From Propionibacteriaceae bacterium Y2011 (lineage in GTDB: Bacteria > Actinomycetota > Actinomycetes > Propionibacteriales > Propionibacteriaceae), in NCBI GenBank assembly GCA_050157065.1, contig CP189573.1: a stretch of DNA of 64,000 nucleotides. One strand, given 5' to 3'. The translations under genes and the position numbers were made by a program. The notes beneath the pieces are model-generated. The model was not told where the DNA came from, searched no databases, and saw only the letters and a list, made by a program, of their open reading frames with translations. This document shows positions 49,505 through 60,142 of this stretch, one piece after another. Positions within the stretch are counted from its first letter, which is position 1, and each line of letters starts with the position of its first letter.

Positions 49505-50167
49505 GTGGCCATGACTCAGCAAGCGGCACCTCCGGCGGGCTGGACCCTCGACGAGTTCGTCGCCGTGGTGGCAACAGCCCTGCAGGCACGTGGAATCCGG
49601 GGAGCGCCGGACCGCCGCACCGTGCGCTACTACGCCACGGTCGGCGTCGTCGACCGGCCCCACCAACGAGGCCGCGAGGTGCGCTACGACGACCGACACC
49701 TGTCTCAGGTCGTGGACACCAAGGAGCGCCAGGCCCGCGGCGAACGCCTCGCCGACATCGCACGGGAACGGGCGGGAGACGTGGCCGGGAATGGCGCCAC
49801 AGCCGTGTCGACAGGCTCGGTGAAGCACGATTTCAATACGAATTCATCCGGTACGGGTGGCGCATTCTGGGAAGCACAACCCCACCTCACGCCGACCCGC
49901 CCGCCGGGCCCCGACCGCGAGCCGGGCTGGCACCCGCGGACCGTGTGGGAACTGGCACCCGGGGTCGAGCTGCACCTGCCCGGGCCTCGGCCGACCGACA
50001 CCGAGATCACCCGGCTGCGTGACGCCGCCGAACCGCTCCGGCGCACCCTGGCTGCGATGGGCCTCACCTCCGGCCCCCTCCCCCACCCGGCATCACCCAC
50101 GCCACCCGCGACCCCGACCACCGACCACCGACCGACCCGGCGAGCAGAGGAACGACATGACCACTGA
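49505..50167 (+). CDS. MerR-like HTH protein with Pro-rich C-terminal tail
   Basis: N-terminal MerR-type HTH pattern (TLDEFVAVV...RTVRYYATVGVVDRP...REVRYDDRHLSQVV). No recognisable effector domain. Stop overlaps the downstream start by 11 nt. Confidence 0.55.
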   Translation: MAMTQQAAPPAGWTLDEFVAVVATALQARGIRGAPDRRTVRYYATVGVVDRPHQRGREVRYDDRHLSQVVDTKERQARGERLADIARERAGDVAGNGATAVSTGSVKHDFNTNSSGTGGAFWEAQPHLTPTRPPGPDREPGWHPRTVWELAPGVELHLPGPRPTDTEITRLRDAAEPLRRTLAAMGLTSGPLPHPASPTPPATPTTDHRPTRRAEERHDH

Positions 50168-52625
50168 GCCCACGAGCACGTTCGCCCCGGAACCCGTGCC
50201 GACCGACCTGTTGACCGGCTGCGTCCCGCCGATCCCCGATGTCGGCCTGCACGACCCCACCGGGCCACTGCCGTTGCAGGCCACCTCGATCACCGGTCGG
50301 ATCAGCGGCCTCGGATCGGCGGTGACGATCACCCAACGGTTCCGCAACGACCGCAGCGCACCCATCGAGGCGACGTACACCTTCCCGCTCCCCGACCGGT
50401 GCGCCGTCACCGCGCTCACCGCCATCCTCGGGGGTACCACCGTGACCGGTGAACTGCGCGACCGGGCGGCTGCACGGGAGACGTACCGGGAGGCGATCGA
50501 CCGCGGTGAACGGGCCGTGCTGGTCGAGCAGGAGCGAGGCGACGTGTTCACCGCGACGCTGGGCAACCTGCCACCCGGCGAGTCCGCCGAGGTCTCCCTC
50601 ACCCTGACCGGCCGACTCGCGGTCGACGACGGTACGGCGACCTTCCGGTTCCCGCTGGTGGTCGGTGACCGGTACGTCCCCGGCCGCCCGATCGGCCATG
50701 ATCAACAAGCCGGGCGCGAGATGGACCCCGGCACGGTCGGCCGTGGCGTGGCACCCGACACCGACCAGGTGCCCGACGCCTCCCGCATCACACCGCCGCG
50801 GCTGCCGTACGGCCGGCGGACGGACGTGGAACTCTCGGTGGCGGTGACGGTGGACCCGGTCGGGCTGCTCACCACGCCACTGCGCACCACCCCGGGCGCC
50901 CTGGCCACCCCGACCGGCGACGGCTGGTCGATCAGCTGCGGGCCGGACGTCGACCTCGACCACGACCTCGTGATCAGCTTCTCGATCAACCGTCCGGAGT
51001 CGGCCGCCGTGGCCATGATCAGCCACGACACCGACGACCCGACGGCCGGCACCTGGCAGGTCGTCGTCACCCCCGGGACCGAAGGGCCGACACCGCCGCG
51101 GCCCCGCGACGTGGTGCTGCTGCTCGACCGTTCCGGCAGCATGCGTGGCTGGAAGATGGTCGCCGCCCGCCGGGCTGCTGCCCGGATCACCGACTCCCTG
51201 TCGGCCACCGACCGGTTCGCCGTGCTCGCCTTCGATCACACGATCGCCGGTCCACCGCGCCGCGAGGCCGGGCTCGGCGGCGCGCCCGGTGACGCGGTCG
51301 GCGACGAGCCCTTGCTCACCGTCGCCTCGGACCGCAACCGGTACGACTCCGTGACCTGGCTGGGTGGCCTGAACGCCGGCGGCGGCACCGAGCTCGCGGC
51401 TCCGTTGGAGCGGGCCGCCGACCTGCTGACCCGGGCCACGGCCGGTGATCACCCCACGGCCGGCCGGGAGCGGGTGCTGGTGTTGGTCACCGACGGCCAG
51501 GTCGGCAACGAGGCGGCGATCATCCACACCCTGCGGACCCGGCTGCGTGGCGTCCGGATCTACACCCTCGGCGTGGACCGGGCCGTCAACGCATCCTTCC
51601 TGCGGAACCTGGCGGCCGTCGGCGGCGGCCGGTGCGATCTGGTCAACAGTGAGGACGAACTGGACGAGGTGCTGCGATCACTGCATCGCCGCATCGCCCC
51701 GCCGTCGGTGCAGGCCCTGAGCGTGACCGCCGAGGGGGTCCACCTCGACCGGACGGCCACCACCCCCGCCGACGTCGACCTGCACCCGGCCGGGCCGACG
51801 GTGATCACCGGCCGCTGGACCGCCGACGCCACACCCGGCGCCGTCGCCTTCGCGGTGGCCGGTGAGGACCGGGCCGGTCGGTTGCAGGAGTGGCGGGCAC
51901 CGGTCACCGACGTGACGGCCGGGCTCGACCCGCTACGGACGACCTGGGCCCGGGAGCGCATCGCCGACCTGGAGAACGAGCACGACGCCCACGGCGGTCA
52001 GGCCGAGTTGATCACCGAGTTGTCGCTCGCCCACGGCGTGCTCAGCCGGTTCACCGGGTGGGTCGCGGTCGGTCCGGACGGGGTCACCGGGGTGGCCGAG
52101 CAGGTCACCCAACCGGTCGCCCATCCGTCGGGTTGGACCGCGCCGGCCGGGCAGCAGTTCGGTGGCCCGGTGCTGGCCGCCGCACCGATGATGAGGGGTG
52201 GCCCCCCGATGGCTCCGGCCCCCGCGATGCCGATGATCGCCGACGCCGCCACCGCACCACCTCCACCGGCCGGAGGCGCGGACCGGGCCCGCCGGACCTC
52301 GCGGTCGCCGCTGCGACGGCTCCGCGATGCGATCTCGGGGTCGGCCTCCGACGCCGCCGCGGGGGCGGAATCCCGTACGGCCGATGCTGCAGAGACCACC
52401 GCCGGGTCGGTCGACCTGTCGCCGTTCGCCGAACGGGTGGCTGCGTTGCTGGACCGTGCCGCCGATCCGACCGACGTGCTGTTCGACGTCGACCTGGCCG
52501 AACTGGTCGACGACCTCCGATCGGTCGGAGCTCCGAACGAGCTGCTCGACGCACTGCGCCGGGTCGCCACGGACCGGAACCACGCGGCCACCGCGCGACA
52601 CGTCTTCGACACGCTGACGGGGTGA
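50157..52625 (+). CDS. cytoplasmic VIT-domain plus von Willebrand A (vWA, MIDAS) protein with long low-complexity C-terminal region
   Basis: ATG at 50157 after GAGG. VIT-like N-terminus (ATYTFPLPDRCAVTALTAILGGTTVTGEL). vWA with DxSxS MIDAS (VVLLLDRSGSMRG) and LVLVTDGQVGNE. No signal peptide. Confidence 0.72.
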   Translation: MTTEPTSTFAPEPVPTDLLTGCVPPIPDVGLHDPTGPLPLQATSITGRISGLGSAVTITQRFRNDRSAPIEATYTFPLPDRCAVTALTAILGGTTVTGELRDRAAARETYREAIDRGERAVLVEQERGDVFTATLGNLPPGESAEVSLTLTGRLAVDDGTATFRFPLVVGDRYVPGRPIGHDQQAGREMDPGTVGRGVAPDTDQVPDASRITPPRLPYGRRTDVELSVAVTVDPVGLLTTPLRTTPGALATPTGDGWSISCGPDVDLDHDLVISFSINRPESAAVAMISHDTDDPTAGTWQVVVTPGTEGPTPPRPRDVVLLLDRSGSMRGWKMVAARRAAARITDSLSATDRFAVLAFDHTIAGPPRREAGLGGAPGDAVGDEPLLTVASDRNRYDSVTWLGGLNAGGGTELAAPLERAADLLTRATAGDHPTAGRERVLVLVTDGQVGNEAAIIHTLRTRLRGVRIYTLGVDRAVNASFLRNLAAVGGGRCDLVNSEDELDEVLRSLHRRIAPPSVQALSVTAEGVHLDRTATTPADVDLHPAGPTVITGRWTADATPGAVAFAVAGEDRAGRLQEWRAPVTDVTAGLDPLRTTWARERIADLENEHDAHGGQAELITELSLAHGVLSRFTGWVAVGPDGVTGVAEQVTQPVAHPSGWTAPAGQQFGGPVLAAAPMMRGGPPMAPAPAMPMIADAATAPPPPAGGADRARRTSRSPLRRLRDAISGSASDAAAGAESRTADAAETTAGSVDLSPFAERVAALLDRAADPTDVLFDVDLAELVDDLRSVGAPNELLDALRRVATDRNHAATARHVFDTLTG

Positions 52626-52659
52626 GACCGATCGGGGCGGGCCACGGCACCATGGGGGT

Positions 52660-54096
52660 GTGAGTCCCAACGCCGCGGCACCGCCCCGCCCGGAACGCCC
52701 CCACGAGCGGTCGTGGCGGACCGTTGCCGTGCTGCTGTTCGGTGCCGTCGCGGCCACCGCCCTGGGCATCGGCGCCATCGCCCACATCCCGATGACGGCG
52801 GACTTCAGCAGCTCCACCCGGGTGACGCAGCTGGTGCGCCTGCTCCGGCCCCGGCTCGGTCCGGTGCTGCTGGGTGGCGGGCTGCTCGGACTCGCCCTGG
52901 CCTGGCTCGCCCTGCGGCGGGTGAGGCTCACCCCGCGGGTGCTGGTCGCCGCCCTCGTGCTGTGGAACCTGCCGCTGCTCCTGCTGCCGCCGGCCTTCAG
53001 CGGCGACCTCTACGCGTACGGCGACCACGGCTACGCGCTGTCGATCGGCCAGAATCCGTACCACGTGGGCCTGGGCCGCAATGACGGCCCGTTCGCGGTG
53101 TTCCACCAGCGCGGCATGTGGGCCGACGCGACCACGCTGTACGGACCGGTCGCGTTGCGACTGTCACAGTTGGCCTTCCTGTTCGGTGGCGGTGGCCAGT
53201 ACGGGACCCTGCTGGCACTGAAGGTCGTGGCGTCGACGGCGCTGGTGGTCGGCTGGTTCGGGTTGCGGTCGCTGGCGCGGTCGCTGGGACGTGACCCCGA
53301 CGTGGCCGTCTGGCTCGGACTGCTCAACCCCGTGATCGGGATCCACGTCGTGTCCGCCGGTCACAACGACGCGATGGTGGCCGTGTTCGTCGTGGTGGCG
53401 CTGTGGTCGGCCCACCGCGGCGGCCGCCTCGGACTGCTGCTGGGCGCGGTCGCCCTGGCGATGGCGATCTCGGTGAAGCCGACCCCGATCGTGCTGGTGC
53501 CCGCGATCGCGTTCATGGCGTTGCCGTCGGGCTGGCACGACCGACCCCCGTCGGCGAAGCTCGTCTCGGCAGTGGGCCGCCTCGTCGGGGTGACGGTGCT
53601 GACGGTCGCCGCGACCGTACTGATCGCCGTCGCCTGTGGCCTGGGCATCGACTGGATCCGTGCCTTCGGCGTACCGGGCCGCAATCCGACGGTCGCGCCG
53701 GCCAGCATGGCCGGCCAGTTGTTGACCATGGCCGGGCTGCCGGGGGCGTCGGTGATGCCGTTGGTCACGGCCGCGATCGGGTTCGTCGTGCTGGTCCTGT
53801 TGCTGGTGAGGGTCGCGCCACGGGAGCCCTGGCGCTACGCGGTGTTGGCGTTGGTCGTGGTGGCCCTGGCCGGCCCGGCACTGTACGCGTGGTACCTGAT
53901 CCCGGCGAGCATCGTGGTGGGCCTGCTCGCCGGCGGTCGACTGGTGTCATGGGTCGTTGGTCTGGGGCTCGGGTTGACCGGCGGGTTGTTCGTCGCCACG
54001 CACTACTGGTTCCCGATCATCGTCACCGAATCGATCACGATCGCCATGTGCGTGTTGGCCGGGCTCGCCCTCGCCCGCTGGTGGCGGCCGGTCTAG
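52660..54096 (+). CDS. GT-C-fold integral membrane glycosyltransferase (DUF2029/GT87-like mannosyltransferase)
   Basis: 478 aa with more than 10 TM segments. Conserved loop blocks (DLYAYGDHGY, SAGHNDAMVAVF). Confidence 0.65.
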   Translation: MSPNAAAPPRPERPHERSWRTVAVLLFGAVAATALGIGAIAHIPMTADFSSSTRVTQLVRLLRPRLGPVLLGGGLLGLALAWLALRRVRLTPRVLVAALVLWNLPLLLLPPAFSGDLYAYGDHGYALSIGQNPYHVGLGRNDGPFAVFHQRGMWADATTLYGPVALRLSQLAFLFGGGGQYGTLLALKVVASTALVVGWFGLRSLARSLGRDPDVAVWLGLLNPVIGIHVVSAGHNDAMVAVFVVVALWSAHRGGRLGLLLGAVALAMAISVKPTPIVLVPAIAFMALPSGWHDRPPSAKLVSAVGRLVGVTVLTVAATVLIAVACGLGIDWIRAFGVPGRNPTVAPASMAGQLLTMAGLPGASVMPLVTAAIGFVVLVLLLVRVAPREPWRYAVLALVVVALAGPALYAWYLIPASIVVGLLAGGRLVSWVVGLGLGLTGGLFVATHYWFPIIVTESITIAMCVLAGLALARWWRPV

Positions 54097-54102
54097 CCTG
54101 AG

Positions 54103-56406
54103 GTGGTGCACACGCCTCGCAGTACGTACCGGCTCCAGATCCGCGCGGGCCTGACCCTGCACGATGCGGCCCGCCTCGTGCCCTACCTGCACGACCTCGG
54201 GGTCGACACGGTGTACGTGTCCCCGTTGCTGCAGGCGACGTCCGGGTCCGACCACGGCTACGACGTGGTGGACCCGACCCGGATCGATCCCGAACGCGGT
54301 GGTGAGGACGGCTGGGCCCGGTTCGTCGCGGCGACCCGGGAGGCCGGGCTGGGGGTGCTGGTCGACATCGTGCCCAACCACCTCGGCGTCACCGCCCCGG
54401 CCGAGAACCCGAGCTGGTGGTCGGTGCTCGCCGAGGGCGAGTCGTCGCCGTACGCCGGTTGGTACGACATCGACTGGTCCCGGCCGTTGACGCTGCCGGT
54501 GTTGGGTGACGACGAGGATGCCGTCCGACTCGCCGCGGTCGACGGTGGCTGGGAGCTGCAGTACCACGAGCACCGGTTCCCGGTGGCAGCCGACACCTGC
54601 ACCGACGGCGACGACGTCGCGACCGTCCGCGAACGGCAGCACTACCGCTTGATCAACTGGCGCCGCGCCAACACCGAGCTGAGCTACCGCCGGTTCTTCG
54701 CGGTCAACGGGCTGGCCGGGCTCCGGGTCGAGGATCCGGAGGTCTTCGACGCCACCCATGCCCGGGTGCTGCGGTGGCTGGCCGAGGACCGGATCGTCGG
54801 GCTGCGGATCGACCACCCCGACGGCCTGGTCGACCCCGGCGGCTACCTGGCCCGGTTGCGCAGTCACGCCCCGGACAGCTGGCTGGTGGTGGAGAAGATC
54901 CTCGAACCCGGTGAGCAGTTGCCGGCGGACTGGCCGGTCGGCGGCACCACCGGCTACGACGCGATGACCGAACTGACCCAGGTGTTGGTCGATCCGACGG
55001 CGGCGGACGCGTTCACCACCACGTACGGCGAGCTCACCGGTGACACGCGGAGCGTCGCCGAGCACGTCGTCGCGGCGAAGGACTTCGTCTGTCGCACCCT
55101 GTTCGGCACCGAGTTCACCCGGCTCGCCGGCCTGCTGCCCGAGGCGACCGCCGCGTACGGCAGCGAGCGGGTGATCGACGCACTGCGGGCGGTGGCCGTC
55201 GCGTTCGGTGTCTACCGCTCCTACCTGCCCGACGGGGTCGAAGACCTCGACGCGGCCCTGGCACTGGCCGTCGAGCGTCATCCTGAGCTGGCCCCGGTGA
55301 TCGACGCCGTCTCGGGTCGACTCCATGATCATCTCGACGAGGCCGCCCGCCGGTTCCAGCAGCTGACCGGACCGGCGATGGCCAAGGGGCTGGAGGACAC
55401 CGCGTGGTACCGCCACTCCCGCTTCGTCGCGCTGAACGAGGTCGGCGGGGACCCGGCGACCTTCGGCCTCGCGCTGGCCGACTTCCATGATCGGTGGCGG
55501 GACCGGGCCGAGGCCCTGCCCGACTCGATGACGGCGCTGTCGACCCACGACACCAAGCGGGGTGAGGACGTCCGGGCCCGGTTGGCCGCCTGTTCGGAGA
55601 TCCCGCGGGCGTGGCACCACTATGCGGAGAACTTCGGTGACGAGGCCGGCGAGATCGACGGGCTCACCGACCGGGCCTTCACCTACCTGCTGGCTCAGAC
55701 GTTCGCCGGGGTCGGGTTCATCGACCGGGACCGGATGCACGCGTACGCGGAGAAGGCGATGCGCGAAGCGGCCACCGCCACCGCCTGGGACGAGCCCGAC
55801 CAGCAGTACGAGTCGGCGGTCCACCAGCTGGTCGACAAGGTGTACGACGATCCGAGCCTGCGCGGCATCGTGGCGAAGTTGATCACCATCGTCGAGCAGG
55901 CCGGCTGGTCGAACGGGCTCACCCAGAAGGTGGTGCAGCTGACGGGGCCGGGGGTGCCCGACGTCTACCAGGGCACCGAGGTGTGGCAGGACTCGCTGGT
56001 CGATCCGGACAACCGGCGGCCGATCGACTTCGACCGGCTCGCCGAACTGGCCCGGACCACCGCCACCGTGCCGCCGGTCGACGGCACCGGTGCGGCGAAG
56101 CTGTGGGTGACCCGACACGCCCTGCGGCTGCGACGCGATCGGCCGGAGCTGTTCACCGGCTACACCCCGCTGGCGGCCGACGGTCCGGCGGCCGACCACT
56201 GCCTCGCCTTCGACCGCGGCGGTGCCGTGACCGTCGCCACCCGGTTGCCGCTCACCCTGCACAGTCGCGAGCACGGTTGGGCCGACACCACGCTGCCGCT
56301 GACCGGGTCGTGGCTGGACGTCCTCACCGACACCCGGTACGTCGGCCCGACTCGGGTGTCCGACCTGCTGTCGCACCTCCCGGTGGCGCTGCTCGTCCGG
56401 GCGTAG
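54103..56406 (+). CDS. treY: malto-oligosyltrehalose synthase
   Basis: 767 aa. GTG start after GAGG. GH13-type N-terminus (YRLQIRAGLTLHDAARLVPYLHDLGVDTVYVSPLLQA) and length characteristic of TreY. Confidence 0.85.
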   Translation: MVHTPRSTYRLQIRAGLTLHDAARLVPYLHDLGVDTVYVSPLLQATSGSDHGYDVVDPTRIDPERGGEDGWARFVAATREAGLGVLVDIVPNHLGVTAPAENPSWWSVLAEGESSPYAGWYDIDWSRPLTLPVLGDDEDAVRLAAVDGGWELQYHEHRFPVAADTCTDGDDVATVRERQHYRLINWRRANTELSYRRFFAVNGLAGLRVEDPEVFDATHARVLRWLAEDRIVGLRIDHPDGLVDPGGYLARLRSHAPDSWLVVEKILEPGEQLPADWPVGGTTGYDAMTELTQVLVDPTAADAFTTTYGELTGDTRSVAEHVVAAKDFVCRTLFGTEFTRLAGLLPEATAAYGSERVIDALRAVAVAFGVYRSYLPDGVEDLDAALALAVERHPELAPVIDAVSGRLHDHLDEAARRFQQLTGPAMAKGLEDTAWYRHSRFVALNEVGGDPATFGLALADFHDRWRDRAEALPDSMTALSTHDTKRGEDVRARLAACSEIPRAWHHYAENFGDEAGEIDGLTDRAFTYLLAQTFAGVGFIDRDRMHAYAEKAMREAATATAWDEPDQQYESAVHQLVDKVYDDPSLRGIVAKLITIVEQAGWSNGLTQKVVQLTGPGVPDVYQGTEVWQDSLVDPDNRRPIDFDRLAELARTTATVPPVDGTGAAKLWVTRHALRLRRDRPELFTGYTPLAADGPAADHCLAFDRGGAVTVATRLPLTLHSREHGWADTTLPLTGSWLDVLTDTRYVGPTRVSDLLSHLPVALLVRA

Positions 56407-56545
56407 GCCGAGGGGTCCGTACCGAAACGCGGCGATGCTGGCCCCCAGTCCCCGTCCGGCGACGATCGGCACGAAATCTGGGCGGTTCGGTCAGCCACGA
56501 TCGTGGCAGGATGTACGTTCCGCCAGCCGATGCCAGGAGACCCGC

Positions 56546-57097
56546 ATGTCCACCCGACCGGAGCCGTTCCCGTACCAGCGCGTGATGGTCTACGGGGTGA
56601 CCGGCTCGGGCAAGACGACGGCCGCGGCACGGTTGGCGGGGCGTACCGGGCTGCCGTGGTGGGCGATCGACGAGCTCACCTGGGATGCGGACTGGACACC
56701 CGTCGCGGCCGACGAACAGCGCCGCCGGGTGAGCGAGATCTGTGCCGGGGAGCGGTGGATCATCGACCACGGGTACGGCCAGTGGCTCGACGTGCCGGTG
56801 GGTCGGGCCGACCTCGTCGTCGCGCTGGACTACCCGCGGCCGGTGTCATTGGCCGCACTGGTCACCCGGTCGCTCACCAACGTGGCCACCGGACGTGACA
56901 CCTGCAACGGCAACCGCGAGACCTGGCACACCTTGGTGGCCGACGAGTCGATCGTCCGCTGGCACTTCCGGTCGTTCGCCCGGAAGCGTGCCCGCATCCG
57001 GGGCTGGGTGGCCGACTCCCCCGGCCCGGACGTCAAGCGGTTCACCTCCCGCCGACAGCTCGCCGACTGGCTGCGTTCGTACGGCCCGGTGGACTGA
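56546..57097 (+). CDS. P-loop NTPase (adenylate-kinase/topology-modulation-protein-like)
   Basis: Walker A GVTGSGKTT. 183 aa. Confidence 0.6.
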   Translation: MSTRPEPFPYQRVMVYGVTGSGKTTAAARLAGRTGLPWWAIDELTWDADWTPVAADEQRRRVSEICAGERWIIDHGYGQWLDVPVGRADLVVALDYPRPVSLAALVTRSLTNVATGRDTCNGNRETWHTLVADESIVRWHFRSFARKRARIRGWVADSPGPDVKRFTSRRQLADWLRSYGPVD

Positions 57098-57109
57098 GCG
57101 CCGCAGCGC

Positions 57110-58708
57110 TCAGGTGTCCCGCCGGCCCCGCCGGTACAGCACCGACGCCACGATGACGACCACCACGATCGCCACGCCCATGATCACCAGGCCCAGCGGT
57201 TCGTCACGGCCGGGGAACCAGACGTTGGCGCCGAACAGCCCGGCGACCAGACCGGGGCCCAACAGCAGTGCGGTCACCAGACCGATGGTGGACTCCAACC
57301 GCAGTTGTGCGTTCTGCGCCTTCTCCCGGGCCTCGCCGGCGGCCAGCCGTTCGACCCGGGCCGCCTCCCGTTCGGCCTCCCGCGCATCGCGAGCCGCTCG
57401 CCGCTCCTCGACACGCTGCTGCTCCAGCTCCCGGCGCCGCGCCATCTCCTGGTCGCGTTCGGCTCGCTGGGCCTGCATCTCCAACGTCTGCTGGGCCCGT
57501 TCGGCGGCCTGCCGGGCCAGCTCGCGGGAGTGCAGTGTCGCCTGGGCGGCCTGCACCTGCCGGTCGAGTTCTCGGAACTCGGCCACCAGGTCCTTCGCGT
57601 ACTCCTCGGTCTCGCCCAGACGCTCAGCCCAGGGGCCCTCGAGCCAGCCGTGCCGGCGCGCCGCGGCGACGATCCGCTCGTGACCGTGCAACCGCCGACG
57701 GGCGTGCTGGATGTGCCGCCGGATCGCGTTCAGTGATTCCGGATCGCCGCCGCTGACCGGGTCGTCGGTGTCACCGGTGACCTCCCACGAGTCCAACCAC
57801 GAGCGGTGGAGGTCGACGACGTCCTCGAAGCTCTCCACCAACCGGTCGCAGAGCAGGCCGACGAAGGCGCTGGTGGTGGTCGGTCGCTCCTGACGGATGG
57901 TGGACACCAGCTTGCTGAGCACCGGCGACGCGTCCTCACGTTGCCGCCCGTCGGGGCCCAGCGCGTCCGGTTGGTGCCACACCAGCAGGCACCACCGCTC
58001 GGCGACCAGCACCTCCACGGGTTGGGTCAGCGTCCACCCGGCGATGGCCGAGCCGTCCCCGGCCTCGGTCTCCTCCCGGGCCTCCGCACCGGCCAGGGCC
58101 AGGTGCACCGCGGCCGGGTCGTCGTACCGCTCCAGGCGGAAGGTCGGGTCGGGGCTCAACAGGTCGTCGGTCAGGTCGTCGTCCAACTGGACGTCCAGCA
58201 CCCCACGCAGCAACTGTTGGATCGTGGCGCGGTCGGCACTCGGGTCGAGCTGCAGCACCAGGTACTGCTCGGACGCCAGGCTGCGGACGTCGAGTTCGGT
58301 GGTCGCCCCGGGGACGCCGCGGGTCCAGGTGGTGGTGCGCAGCAGTCCGGGCGGCAGGGTGCCGACGGCGGTCGGCCGGCCCCCACCGGAGCTGGAGAAC
58401 CGTACGGTCTGGCTCCGGGTGACCTCGCGCATACTGGGCTGAGCCGTCAGCCCCTCCCCCAGCAGGGCCTGTTCGAGCGCTTGTCGCAGCCCGGCGGTGA
58501 GGCGCTGCATCCCGACCGCCGCCATCAGGGTCGACATCTTTCGCCAGATCGTCGGCCGCCCCCGACCGCCGGCCTGCCGTACGGCAACGGCCAGTTCACC
58601 GGCGAGCGCTCGCGCACGTTCCTCGACCGTTTCGGCCACCACTGTCTCCTTCGGCTGGACTCTGTCCGACAGTCCACCATCTTCGTACCTTCGGGTGGCC
58701 ACGGCCAT
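57110..58708 (-). CDS. CorA/MIT-superfamily-like divalent cation transporter homolog with GAN variant motif and extended charged coiled coil
   Basis: C-terminal TM1-LFGANVWFPG-TM2-RRGRRD topology, diagnostic of CorA-like channels (GMN position). About 80-aa E/R/A/Q coiled coil precedes TM1. N-terminal start uncertain. Confidence 0.55.
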   Translation of the reverse strand: MAVATRRYEDGGLSDRVQPKETVVAETVEERARALAGELAVAVRQAGGRGRPTIWRKMSTLMAAVGMQRLTAGLRQALEQALLGEGLTAQPSMREVTRSQTVRFSSSGGGRPTAVGTLPPGLLRTTTWTRGVPGATTELDVRSLASEQYLVLQLDPSADRATIQQLLRGVLDVQLDDDLTDDLLSPDPTFRLERYDDPAAVHLALAGAEAREETEAGDGSAIAGWTLTQPVEVLVAERWCLLVWHQPDALGPDGRQREDASPVLSKLVSTIRQERPTTTSAFVGLLCDRLVESFEDVVDLHRSWLDSWEVTGDTDDPVSGGDPESLNAIRRHIQHARRRLHGHERIVAAARRHGWLEGPWAERLGETEEYAKDLVAEFRELDRQVQAAQATLHSRELARQAAERAQQTLEMQAQRAERDQEMARRRELEQQRVEERRAARDAREAEREAARVERLAAGEAREKAQNAQLRLESTIGLVTALLLGPGLVAGLFGANVWFPGRDEPLGLVIMGVAIVVVVIVASVLYRRGRRDT

Positions 58709-58737
58709 CGGGACACCCCGGGAACGAGAACGCCGAA

Positions 58738-58767
58738 GGCCCCCGTACCTGATGCGGTACGGGGGCC
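58738..58767 (-). terminator. intrinsic terminator of tuf
   Basis: 12-bp GC stem ggcccccgtacc/ggtacgggggcc, 6-nt loop, moderately T-rich tail on the minus strand. Confidence 0.6.
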
Positions 58768-58794
58768 CTCGGGTGAAGCGTGTGCTACGTCAGA

Positions 58795-59991
<1,197 letters not shown>

Positions 59992-60142
59992 TGGGGCTCC
60001 TTCTTCGGTGTTTCGCCTCGCCTGTTCTGCGAAGCGGGTCTATGGGTTGTGTGTTGCGGCCGTGCTGCCCGGAAGCAGACTCGGCCAATTTTCGTGCACG
60101 GGAGGCACCCGGTCAAACCGGGAGTCTACCGCGCCCGGTGAG

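Noticed and set aside
49505-50167. Upstream partner of VIT-vWA as an anti-sigma or FHA-type regulator
   Set aside because: The N-terminal 70 aa follow the MerR HTH pattern (RTVRYY...). No FHA or anti-sigma signatures were seen. Kept as MerR-like with moderate confidence.
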